Positions 1 to 12,659 of a DNA stretch of 64,000 bases are shown piece by piece (positions within the stretch are counted from its first letter, which is position 1; each line of letters begins with the position of its first letter). The notes beneath the pieces were generated by a model that had not been told where the DNA came from, made no database searches, and saw only the letters and a program-made list of their open reading frames with translations. The stretch comes from Eledone cirrhosa (Eukaryota): the NCBI GenBank assembly GCA_964016885.1, contig OZ024740.1, forward strand, positions 15,128,001 to 15,192,000, read 5' to 3'. The translations under genes were made by a program, and so were the position numbers.

Positions 1-2780
1 GTAAACACCTTCATGTTTATATTTCCCACTACAAAGAGGTGTGAAATATAGGATGTTTTAAACACCTTCATGGTTATATTTCCCACTAAACAGAGGTGTG
101 AAATATAGCATGTTTTAAACACCTTCATGGTTATATTTCCCACTAAACAGAGGTGTGAAATATAGGATGTTTCAAACCCCTTCATGGTTATATTTCCCAC
201 TAAACAGAGGTGTGCAATATAGGATGTGTTAAACACCTTCATGATTATATTTCCCACTAAACAGAGGTGTGAAATATAGGATGTTGTAAACACCTTCATG
301 GTTATATTTCCCACTACACAGAGGTGTGAAATATATGGTGTTGTAAACACCTTCATGATTATATTTCCCACTAAACAGAGGTGTGAAATATAGAATGTTT
401 TAAATACCTTCATGGTTATATTTCCCAATAAACAGAGGTGTGAAATATAGGATGTTGTAAACACCTTCATGGTTATATTTCCCACTACACAGAGGTTTGA
501 TATATAGGGTGTTGTAAACACCTTCATGATTATATTTCCCACTAAACAGAGGTGTGAAATATAGAATGTTTTAAATACATTCATGGTTATATTTCCCACT
601 AAACAGAGGTGTGAAATATAGGATGTTTTAAACACCTTCATGGCTATATTTCCCACTGAACAGAGGTGAGGAATATAGGATGTTTTAAACCCCTTCATGG
701 TTATATTTCACACTAAACAGAGGTGTGGAATATAGGATGCTTTAAACACCTTCATGGTTATATTTCCCACTAAACAGAGGTGTGAAATATAGGATGTTTT
801 AAACCACTTCATGGTTATATTTCCCACTAAACAGAGGTATGCAATATAGGATGTTTTAAACACCTTCATGATTATATTTCCCACTAAACAGAGGTGTGAA
901 ATATAGTATGTTGTAAACACCTTCATGATCATAATTCCCACTACACAGAGGTGTGAAATATAGGGTGTTGTAAACACCTTCATGATTATATTTCCCACTA
1001 AACAGAGGTGTGAAATATAGAATGTTTTAAATACCTTCATGGTTATATTTCACACTAAACAGAGGTGTGAAATATAGGATGCTTTAAACACCTTCATGGT
1101 TATATTTCCCACTAAACAGAGGTGTGAAATATAGGATGTTTTAAAAACCTTCATGGTTATATTTCCCACTACACAGAGGTGTGTAATATAGGGTGTTGTA
1201 AACACCTTCATGATTATATTTCCCACTAAACAGAGGTGTGAAATATAGAATGTTTTAAATACCTTCATGGTTGTATTTCCCAATAAACAGAGGTGTGAAA
1301 TATAGGATGTTTTAAACACCTTCATGGTTATATTTCCCACTAAACAGTGGTGTGAAATATAGGATGTTTTAAACACCTTCATGGTTATATTTCCCACTAA
1401 ACAGAGGTGTGAAATATAGGATGTTTTAAAAACCTTCATGTTTATATTTCGCACTACACAGAGGTGTGAAATATAGGGTGTTGTAAACACCTTCATGATT
1501 ATATTTCCCACTAAACAGAGATGTGCAATATAGGATGTTTTAAACACCTTCATGGTTATATATCCCACTAAACAGAGGTGTGAAATATAGGATGTTTTAA
1601 AAACCTTCATGGTTATATTTCCCACTAAGCAGAGGTGTGAAATATAGGATGTTTTAAACACCTTCATGGTTATATTTCCCACTAAACAGAGGTGTGCAAT
1701 ATAGGATGTTTTAAACACCTTCATGGTTATATTTCCCACTAAACAGAGGTGTGAAATATAGGATGTTTTAACACCTTCATGGTTATATTTCCCAATAAAC
1801 AGAGGTGTGAAATATAGGATGTTTTAAACACCTTCATGGTTATATTTCACACTAAACAGAGGTGTGGAATATAGGATGTTTTAAGCACCTTCATGGTTAT
1901 ATTTCCCACTAAACAGTGGTGTGAAATATAGGATGTTTTAAAAACCTTCATGGTTATATTTCCCACTACACAGAGGTGTGAAATATAGGGTGTTGTAAAC
2001 ACCTTCATGATTATATTTCCCACTAAAAAGAGGTGTGAAATATAGGATGTTTTAAACACATTCATGGCTATATTTCCCACTAAACAGAGGTGAGGAATAT
2101 AGGATGTTTTAAACCCCTTCATGGTCATATTTCACACTAAACAGAGGTGTGGAATATAGGATGCTTTAAACACCTTCATGGTTATATTTCCCACTAAACA
2201 GAGGTGTGAAATATAGGATGCTTTAAACACCTTCATGGTATATTTCCCACTAAACAGAGGTGTGAAATATAGGATGTTTTAAACACCTTCATTGTTATAT
2301 TTCCCACTAAACAGAGGTGTGAAATATAGGATGTTTTAAACACCTTCATGGTTATATTTCCCACTAAACAGAGGTGTGCAATATAGGATGTTTTAAACAC
2401 CTTCATGGTTATATTTCCCACTAAACAGAGGTGTGAAATATAGGATGTTTTAACACCTTCATGGTTATATTTCCCACGAAACAGAGGTGTGAAATATAGG
2501 ATGTTTTAAACACCTTCATGGTTATATTTCCCACTAAACAGAGGTGTGAAATATAGGATGTTTTAAAAACCTTCATGGTTATATTTCCCACTAAACAGAG
2601 GTGGGAAATATAGGATGTTTTAAACACCTTCATGTTTATATTTCCCACTAATCAGAGGTGTGAAATATAGGATGTTTTAAACCCCTTCATGGTTATATTT
2701 CCCACTAAACAGAGGTGTGCAATATAGGATGTTTTAAACACCTTCATGATTATATTTCCCACTAAACAGAGGTGTGAAAT
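1..2780. repeat. Higher-order block A, copy 1 (near-identical to about 8428-11207; offset 8427 bp)
   Basis: ORF boundaries are all offset by 8427: 708/9135, 1050/9477, 1847/10274, 2233/10660, 2421/10848, 2652/11079. Shared rare variants include tagcatg, ggtttgatat, aaccactt, ttcgcac, agatgtgc, ttaagcacc, ccacgaaa and ctaatcag. Confidence 0.93.
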
Positions 2781-3559
2781 ATAGGATGGTGTAAACACCT
2801 TCATGGTTATATTTCCCACTACACAGAGGTGTGAAATATAGGGTGATGTAAACACCTTCATGCTTATATTTCCCACTAAACAGAGGTGTGAAATATAGGA
2901 TGTTTTAAACACCTTCATGGTTATATTTCCTACTAAACAGAGGTGTGAAATATAGGATGTTTTAAACACCTTCATGGTTATATTTCCCACTAAACAGAGG
3001 TATGAAATATAGGATGTTTTAAACCCCTTCATGGCTATATTTCCCACTAAACAGAGGTGTGCAATATAGGATGTTTTAAACACCTTCATGGTTATATTTC
3101 CTACTAAACAGAGGTGTGAAATATAGGATGTTTTAAACACCTTCATGGTTATATTTCCCACTAAACAGAGGTGTGAAATATAGGATGTTGTAAACACCTT
3201 CATGGTTATATTTCCCACTACACAGAGGTGTGAAATATAGGGTGTTGTAAACACCTTCATGTTTATATTCCCCACTAAACAGAGGTCTGAAATATAGAAT
3301 GTTTTAAATACCTTCATGGTTATATTTCCCAATAAACAGAGGTGTGAAATATAGAATGTTTTAAATACCTTCATCGTTATATTTCCCAATAAACAGAGGT
3401 GTGAAATATAGGATGTTTTAAACACCTTCATGGTTATATTTCCCACTAAACAGAGGTGTGAAATATAGGATGTTTTAAAAACCTTCATGGTTATATTTCC
3501 CACTAAACAGAGGTGTGAAATATAGGATGTTTTAAACACCTTCATGGTTATATTTCCCA

Positions 3560-5340
3560 CTAAACAGAGGTGTGAAATATAGGATGTTTTAAACCCCTTC
3601 ATGGTTATATTTCCCACTAAACAGAGGTGTGCAATATAGGATGTTTTAAACACCTTCATGATTATATTTCCCACTAAACAGAGGTGTGAAATATAGGATG
3701 TTGTAAACACCTTCATGGTTATATTTCCCACTACACAGAGGTGTGAAATATAGGGTGTTGTAAACACCTTCATGATTATATTTCCCATTAAACAGAGGTG
3801 TGAAATATAGAATGTTTTAAATACGTTCATGGTTATATTTCCCAATAAACAGAGGTGTGAAATATAGGATGTTTCAAACACCTTCATGGTTATATTTCCC
3901 ACTAAACAGAGGTGTGAAATATAGGATGTTTTAAACACCTTCATGGTTATATTTCCCACTAAACAGAGGTGTGAAATATAGGATGTTTTAAACACCTTCA
4001 TGGTTATATTTCCCACTAAACAGAGCTGTGAAATATAGGATGTTTTAAACAGCTTCATGATTATATTTCCCACTAAACAGTGGTGTGAAATATAGGATGT
4101 TGTAAACACCTTCATGGTTATATTTCCCACTAAACAGAGGTGTGAAATATAGGATGTTTTAAACACCTTCATGGCTATATTTTCCACTAAACAGAGGTGA
4201 GGAATATAGGATGTTTTAAACCCCTTCATGGTTATATTTCACACTAAACAGAGGTGTGGAATATGGGATGCTTTAAACACCTTCATGGTTATATTTCCCA
4301 CTAAACAGAGGTGTGAAATATAGGATGCTTTAAACACCTTCATGTTTATATTTCCAACTAAACAGAGGTGTGAAATATAGGATGTTTTAAACACCTTCAT
4401 GATTATATTTCCCACTAAACAGAGGTGTGAAATATAGGATGTTTTAAAAACCTTCATGGTTATATTTCCCACTAAACAGAGGTGTGAAATATAGGATGTT
4501 TTAAACCCCTTCATGGTTATATTTCACACTAAACAGAGGTGTGGAATATAGGATGCTTTAAACACCTTCATGGTTATATTTCCCACTAAACAGAGGTGTG
4601 AAATATAGGATGCTTTAAACACCTTCATGGTATATTTCCCACTAAACAGAGGTGTGAAATATAGGATGTTTTAAACCCCTTCATGGTTATATTTCCCACT
4701 AAACAGAGGTGTGCAATATAGGATGTTTTAAACACCTTCATGATTATATTTCCCACTAAACAGAGGTGTGAAATATAGGATGTTGTAAACACCTTCATGG
4801 TTATATTTCCCACTACACAGAGGTGTGAAATATAGGGTGTTGTAAACACCTTCATGATTATATTTCCCATTAAACAGAGGTGTGAAATATAGAATGTTTT
4901 AAATACGTTCATGGTTATATTTCCCAATAAACAGAGGTGTGAAATATAGGATGTTTCAAACACCTTCATGGTTATATTTCCCACTAAACAGAGGTGTGAA
5001 ATATAGGATGTTTTAAACACCTTCATGGTTATATTTCCCACTAAACAGAGGTGTGAAATATAGGATGTTTTAAACACCTTCATGGTTATATTTCCCACTA
5101 AACAGAGCTGTGAAATATAGGATGTTTTAAACAGCTTCATGATTATATTTCCCACTAAACAGTGGTGTGAAATATAGGATGTTGTAAACACCTTCATGGT
5201 TATATTTCCCACTAAACAGAGGTGTGAAATATAGGATGTTTTAAACACCTTCATGGCTATATTTCCCACTAAACAGAGGTGAGGAATATAGGATGTTTTA
5301 AACCCCTTCATGGTTATATTTCACACTAAACAGAGGTGTG
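3560..5340. repeat. Local higher-order duplication, period 1082 bp (19 monomers minus 1 bp)
   Basis: ORF starts 4229 and 5311 have near-identical translations. The rare variants atacgttc (about 3821/4903) and cagagctgtg (about 4021/5103) recur at a 1082 offset. Confidence 0.85.
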
Positions 5341-8300
5341 GAATATAGGATGTTTTAAACACCTTCATGGTTATATTTCCCACTAAACAGAGGTGTGAAA
5401 TATAGGATGCTTTAAACATCTTCATGGTTATATTTACAACTAAACAGAGGTGTGAAATATAGGATGTTTTAAACACCTTCATGGTTATATTTCCCACTAA
5501 ACAGAGGTGTGAAATATAGGATGTTTTAAACACCTTCATGGTTATATTTCCCACTAAACAGAGGTGAGGAATATAGGATGTTTTAAACCCCTTCATGGTT
5601 ATATTTCACACTAAACAGAGGTGTGGAATATAGGATGCTTTAAACACCTTCATGGTTATATTTCCCACTAAACAGAGGTGTGAAATATAGGATGCTTTAA
5701 ACACCTTCATGGTATATTTCCCACTAAACAGAGGTGTGAAATATAGGATGTTTTAAACACCTTCATGGTTATATTTCCCACTAAACAGAGGTGTGAAATA
5801 TAGGATGTTTTAAACACCTTCATGGTTATATTTCCCACTAAACAGAGGTGTGCAATATAGGATGTTTTAAACACCTTCATGGTTATATTTCCCACTAAAC
5901 AGAGGTGTGAAATATAGGATGTTTTAACACCTTCATGGTTATATTTCCCACTACAAAGAGGTGTGAAATATAGGGTGTTGTAAACACCTTCATGCTTATA
6001 TTTCCCATTAAACAGAGGTGTGAAATATAGAATGTTTTAAATAACTTCATGGTTATATTTCCCAATAAACAGAGGTGTGAAATATAGGATGTTTCAAACA
6101 CCTTCATGGTTATATTTCCCACTAAACAGAGGTGTGAAATATAGGATGTTTTAAACACCTTCATGGTTATATTTCCCACTAAACAGAGGTTTGAAATATA
6201 GGATGTTTTAAACACCTTCATGGTTATATTTCCCACTAAACAGAGGTGTGAAAGATAGGATGTTTTAAACACCTTCATGGTTATATTTCCCACTAAACAG
6301 AGGTGTGAAATATAGGATGTTTTAAACACCTTCATGGTTATATTTCCCACTAAACAGAGGTGTGAAATATAGGATGTTTTAAACCCCTTCATGGTTATAT
6401 TTCCCACTAAACAGAGGTGTGAAATATAGAATGTTTTAAATACCTTCATGGTTATATTTCCCAATAAACAGAGGTGTGAAATATAGGATGTTGTAAACAC
6501 CTTCATGGTTATATTTCCCACTACACAGAGGTGTGATATATAGGGTGTTGTAAACACCTTCATGATTATATTTCCCACTAAACAGAGGTGTGAAATATAG
6601 AATGTTTTAAATACATTCATGGTTATATTTCCCACTAAACAGAGGTGTGAAATATAGGATGTTTTAAACACCTTCATGGCTATATTTCCCACTGAACAGA
6701 GGTGAGGAATATAGGATGTTTTAAACCCCTTCATGGTTATATTTCACACTAAACAGAGGTGTGAAATATAGGATGTTTTAAAAACCTTCATGGTTATACT
6801 TCCCACTACACAGAGGTGTGAAATATAGGGTGTTGTAAACACCTTCATGATTATATTTCCCACTAAAAAGAGGTGTGAAATATAGGATGTTTTAAACACA
6901 TTCATGGCTATATTTCCCACTAAACAGAGGTGAGGAATATAGGATGTTTTAAACCCCTTCATGGTCATATTTCACACTAAACAGAGGTGTGGAATATAGG
7001 ATGCTTTAAACACCTTCATGGTTATATTTCCCACTAAACAGAGGTGTGAAATATAGGATGTTTTAAACACCTTCATGGTTATATTTCCCACTAAACAGAG
7101 GTGTGCAATATAGGATGTTTTAAACACCTTCATGGTTATATTTCCCACTAAACAGAGGTGTGAAATATAGAATGTTGTAAACACCTTCATGGTTATATTT
7201 CCCACTACACAGAGGTGTGAAATATAGGGTGTTGTAAACACCTTCATGATTATATTTCCCACTAAACAGAGGTGTGAAATATAGAATGTTTTAAATACAT
7301 TCATGGTTATATTTCCCAATAAACAGAGGTGTGAAATATAGGATGTTTTAAACACCTTCATGGTTATATTTCACACTAAACAGAGGTGTGGAATATAGGA
7401 TGTTTTAAACACCTTCATGGTTATATTTCCCACTAAACAGTGGTGTGAAATATAGGATGTTTTAAAAACCTTCATGGTTATATTTCCCACTACACAGAGG
7501 TGTGAAATATAGGGTGTTGTAAACACCTTCATGATTATATTTCCCACTAAAAAGAGGTGTGAAATATAGGATGTTTTAAACACATTCATGGCTATATTTC
7601 CCACTAAACAGAGGTGAGGAATATAGGATGTTTTAAACCCCTTCATGGTCATATTTCACACTAAACAGAGGTGTGGAATATAGGATGCTTTAAACACCTT
7701 CATGGTTATATTTCCCACTAAACAGAGGTGTGAAATATAGGATGCTTTAAACACCTTCATGGTATATTTCCCACTAAACAGAGGTGTGAAATATAGGATG
7801 TTTTAAACACCTTCATTGTTATATTTCCCACTAAACAGAGGTGTGAAATATAGGATGTTTTAAACACCTTCATGGTTATATTTCCCACTAAACAGAGGTG
7901 TGCAATATAGGATGTTTAAACACCTTCATGGTTATATTTCCCACTAAACAGAGGTGTGAAATATAGGATGTTTTAACACCTTCATGGTTATATTTCCCAC
8001 GAAACAGAGGTGTGAAATATAGGATGTTTTAAACACCTTCATGGTTATATTTCCCACTAAACAGAGGTGTGAAATATAGGATGTTTTAAAAACCTTCATG
8101 GTTATATTTCCCACTAAACAGAGGTGGGAAATATAGGATGTTTTAAACACCTTCATGTTTATATTTCCCACTAATCAGAGGTGTGAAATATAGGATGTTT
8201 TAAACCCCTTCATGGTTATATTTCCCACTAAACAGAGGTGTGCAATATAGGATGTTTTAAACACCTTCATGATTATATTTCCCACTAAACAGAGGTGTGA

Positions 8301-8427
8301 AATATAGGATGTTGTAAACACCTTCATGGTTATATTTCCCACTACACAGAGGTGTGCAATATAGGATGTTTTAAACACCTTGATGATTATATTTCCCACT
8401 AAACAGAGGTGTGAAATATAGGATGTT

Positions 8428-11207
8428 GTAAACACCTTCATGTTTATATTTCCCACTACAAAGAGGTGTGAAATATAGGATGTTTTAAACACCTTCATGA
8501 TTATATTTCCCACTAAACAGAGGTGTGAAATATAGCATGTTTTAAACACCTTCATGGTTATATTTCCCACTAAACAGAGGTGTGAAATATAGGATGTTTC
8601 AAACCCCTTCATGGTTATATTTCCCACTAAACAGAGGTGTGCAATATAGGATGTGTTAAACACCTTCATGATTATATTTCCCACTAAACAGAGGTGTGAA
8701 ATATAGGATGTTGTAAACACCTTCATGGTTATATTTCCCACTACACAGAGGTGTGAAATATATGGTGTTGTAAACACCTTCATGATTATATTTCCCACTA
8801 AACAGAGGTGTGAAATATAGAATGTTTTAAATACCTTCATGGTTATATTTCCCAATAAACAGAGGTGTGAAATATAGGATGTTGTAAACACCTTCATGGT
8901 TATATTTCCCACTACACAGAGGTTTGATATATAGGGTGTTGTAAACACCTTCATGATTATATTTCCCACTAAACAGAGGTGTGAAATATAGAATGTTTTA
9001 AATACATTCATGGTTATATTTCCCACTAAACAGAGGTGTGAAATATAGGATGTTTTAAACACCTTCATGGCTATATTTCCCACTGAACAGAGGTGAGGAA
9101 TATAGGATGTTTTAAACCCCTTCATGGTTATATTTCACACTAAACAGAGGTGTGGAATATAGGATGCTTTAAACACCTTCATGGTTATATTTCCCACTAA
9201 ACAGAGGTGTGAAATATAGGATGTTTTAAACCACTTCATGGTTATATTTCCCACTAAACAGAGGTATGCAATATAGGATGTTTTAAACACCTTCATGATT
9301 ATATTTCCCACTAAACAGAGGTGTGAAATATAGTATGTTGTAAACACCTTCATGATCATAATTCCCACTACACAGAGGTGTGAAATATAGGGTGTTGTAA
9401 ACACCTTCATGATTATATTTCCCACTAAACAGAGGTGTGAAATATAGAATGTTTTAAATACCTTCATGGTTATATTTCACACTAAACAGAGGTGTGAAAT
9501 ATAGGATGCTTTAAACACCTTCATGGTTATATTTCCCACTAAACAGAGGTGTGAAATATAGGATGTTTTAAAAACCTTCATGGTTATATTTCCCACTACA
9601 CAGAGGTGTGTAATATAGGGTGTTGTAAACACCTTCATGATTATATTTCCCACTAAACAGAGGTGTGAAATATAGAATGTTTTAAATACCTTCATGGTTG
9701 TATTTCCCAATAAACAGAGGTGTGAAATATAGGATGTTTTAAACACCTTCATGGTTATATTTCCCACTAAACAGTGGTGTGAAATATAGGATGTTTTAAA
9801 CACCTTCATGGTTATATTTCCCACTAAACAGAGGTGTGAAATATAGGATGTTTTAAAAACCTTCATGTTTATATTTCGCACTACACAGAGGTGTGAAATA
9901 TAGGGTGTTGTAAACACCTTCATGATTATATTTCCCACTAAACAGAGATGTGCAATATAGGATGTTTTAAACACCTTCATGGTTATATATCCCACTAAAC
10001 AGAGGTGTGAAATATAGGATGTTTTAAAAACCTTCATGGTTATATTTCCCACTAAGCAGAGGTGTGAAATATAGGATGTTTTAAACACCTTCATGGTTAT
10101 ATTTCCCACTAAACAGAGGTGTGCAATATAGGATGTTTTAAACACCTTCATGGTTATATTTCCCACTAAACAGAGGTGTGAAATATAGGATGTTTTAACA
10201 CCTTCATGGTTATATTTCCCAATAAACAGAGGTGTGAAATATAGGATGTTTTAAACACCTTCATGGTTATATTTCACACTAAACAGAGGTGTGGAATATA
10301 GGATGTTTTAAGCACCTTCATGGTTATATTTCCCACTAAACAGTGGTGTGAAATATAGGATGTTTTAAAAACCTTCATGGTTATATTTCCCACTACACAG
10401 AGGTGTGAAATATAGGGTGTTGTAAACACCTTCATGATTATATTTCCCACTAAAAAGAGGTGTGAAATATAGGATGTTTTAAACACATTCATGGCTATAT
10501 TTCCCACTAAACAGAGGTGAGGAATATAGGATGTTTTAAACCCCTTCATGGTCATATTTCACACTAAACAGAGGTGTGGAATATAGGATGCTTTAAACAC
10601 CTTCATGGTTATATTTCCCACTAAACAGAGGTGTGAAATATAGGATGCTTTAAACACCTTCATGGTATATTTCCCACTAAACAGAGGTGTGAAATATAGG
10701 ATGTTTTAAACACCTTCATTGTTATATTTCCCACTAAACAGAGGTGTGAAATATAGGATGTTTTAAACACCTTCATGGTTATATTTCCCACTAAACAGAG
10801 GTGTGCAATATAGGATGTTTTAAACACCTTCATGGTTATATTTCCCACTAAACAGAGGTGTGAAATATAGGATGTTTTAACACCTTCATGGTTATATTTC
10901 CCACGAAACAGAGGTGTGAAATATAGGATGTTTTAAACACCTTCATGGTTATATTTCCCACTAAACAGAGGTGTGAAATATAGGATGTTTTAAAAACCTT
11001 CATGGTTATATTTCCCACTAAACAGAGGTGGGAAATATAGGATGTTTTAAACACCTTCATGTTTATATTTCCCACTAATCAGAGGTGTGAAATATAGGAT
11101 GTTTTAAACCCCTTCATGGTTATATTTCCCACTAAACAGAGGTGTGCAATATAGGATGTTTTAAACACCTTCATGATTATATTTCCCACTAAACAGAGGT
11201 GTGAAAT
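8428..11207. repeat. Higher-order block A, copy 2
   Basis: Position 8428 (gtaaacaccttcatgttt...) matches position 1, and the same variant order continues to about 11200. The two copies then diverge. Confidence 0.93.
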
Positions 11208-12659
11208 ATAGGATGTTGTAAACACCTTCATGGTTATATTTCCCACTACACAGAGGTGTGAAATATAGGGTGTTGTAAACACCTTCATGCTCATATTTCC
11301 CATTAAACAGAGGTGTGAAATATAGAATGTTTTAAATACCTTCATGGTTATATTTCCCAATAAACAGAGGTGTGAAATATAGGATGTTTCAAACACCTTC
11401 ATGGTTATATTTCCCACTAAACAGAGGTGTGAAATATAGGATGTTTTAAACACCTTCATGGTTATATTTCCCACTAAACAGAGGTGTGAAATATAGGATG
11501 TTTTAAACACCTTCATGGTTATATTTCCCACTAAACAGAGGTGTGAAATATAGGATGTTTTAAACACCTTCATGGTTATATTTTCTACTAAACAGAGGTG
11601 TGAAATATAGGATGTTTTAAACACCTTCATGGTTATATTTCCCACTAAACAGAGGTGTGAAATATAGGATGTTTTAAACCCCTTCATGGTTATATTTCCC
11701 ACTAAACAGAGGTGTGCAATATAGGATGTTTTAAACACCTTGATGATTATATTTCCCACTAAACAGAGGTGTGAAATATAGGATGTTGTAAACACCTTCA
11801 TGTTTATATTTCCCACTACAAAGAGGTGTGAAATATAGGATGTTTTAAACACCTTCATGGTTATATTTCCCACTAAACAGAGGTGTGAAATATAGGATGT
11901 TTTAAACACCTTCATGGTTATATTTCCCACTAAACAGAGGTGTGAAATATAGGATGTTTCAAACCCCTTCATGGTTATATTTCCTACTAAACAGAGGTGT
12001 GCAATATAGGATGTGTTAAACACCTTCATGATTATATTTCCCACTAAACAGAGGTGTGAAATATAGGATGTTGTAAACACCTTCATGGTTATATTTCCCA
12101 CTACACAGAGGTGTGAAATATATGGTGTTGTAAACACCTTCATGATTATATTTCCCACTAAACAGAGGTGTGAAATATAGAATGTTTTAAATACCTTCAT
12201 GGTTATATTTCCCAATAAACAGAGGTGTGAAATATAGGATGTTGTAAACACCTTCATGGTTATATTTCCCACTACACAGAGGTGTGATATATAGGGTGTT
12301 GTAAACACCTTCATGATTATATTTCCCACTAAACAGAGGTGTGAAATATAGAATGTTTTAAATACATTCATGGTTATATTTCCCACTAAACAGAGGTGTG
12401 AAATATAGGATGTTTTAAACACCTTCATGGCTATATTTCCCACTGAACAGAGGTGAGGAATATAGGATGTTTTAAACCCCTTCATGGTTATATTTGACAC
12501 TAAACAGAGGTGTGGAATATAGGATGCTTTAAACACCTTCATGGTTATATTTCCCACTAAACAGAGGTGTGAAATATAGGATGTTTTAAACCCCTTCATG
12601 GTTATATTTCCCACTAAACAGAGGTATGCAATATAGGATGTTTTAAACACCTTCATGAT

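Noticed and set aside
1050-1739. Cys/His periodicity (SHLC) as a zinc-finger or other known repeat domain
   Set aside because: There is only one Cys and one His per 19 aa, with no C2H2 spacing or TGEKP linker and no ankyrin or LRR consensus.
2580-2660. Paired Su(H)/CSL site (SPS) in GTGGGAAA variant monomers
   Set aside because: Within a monomer the two sites are in the opposite arrangement with a 9-nt gap. Across monomers the gap is about 32 nt, not the 15-17 nt of an SPS.
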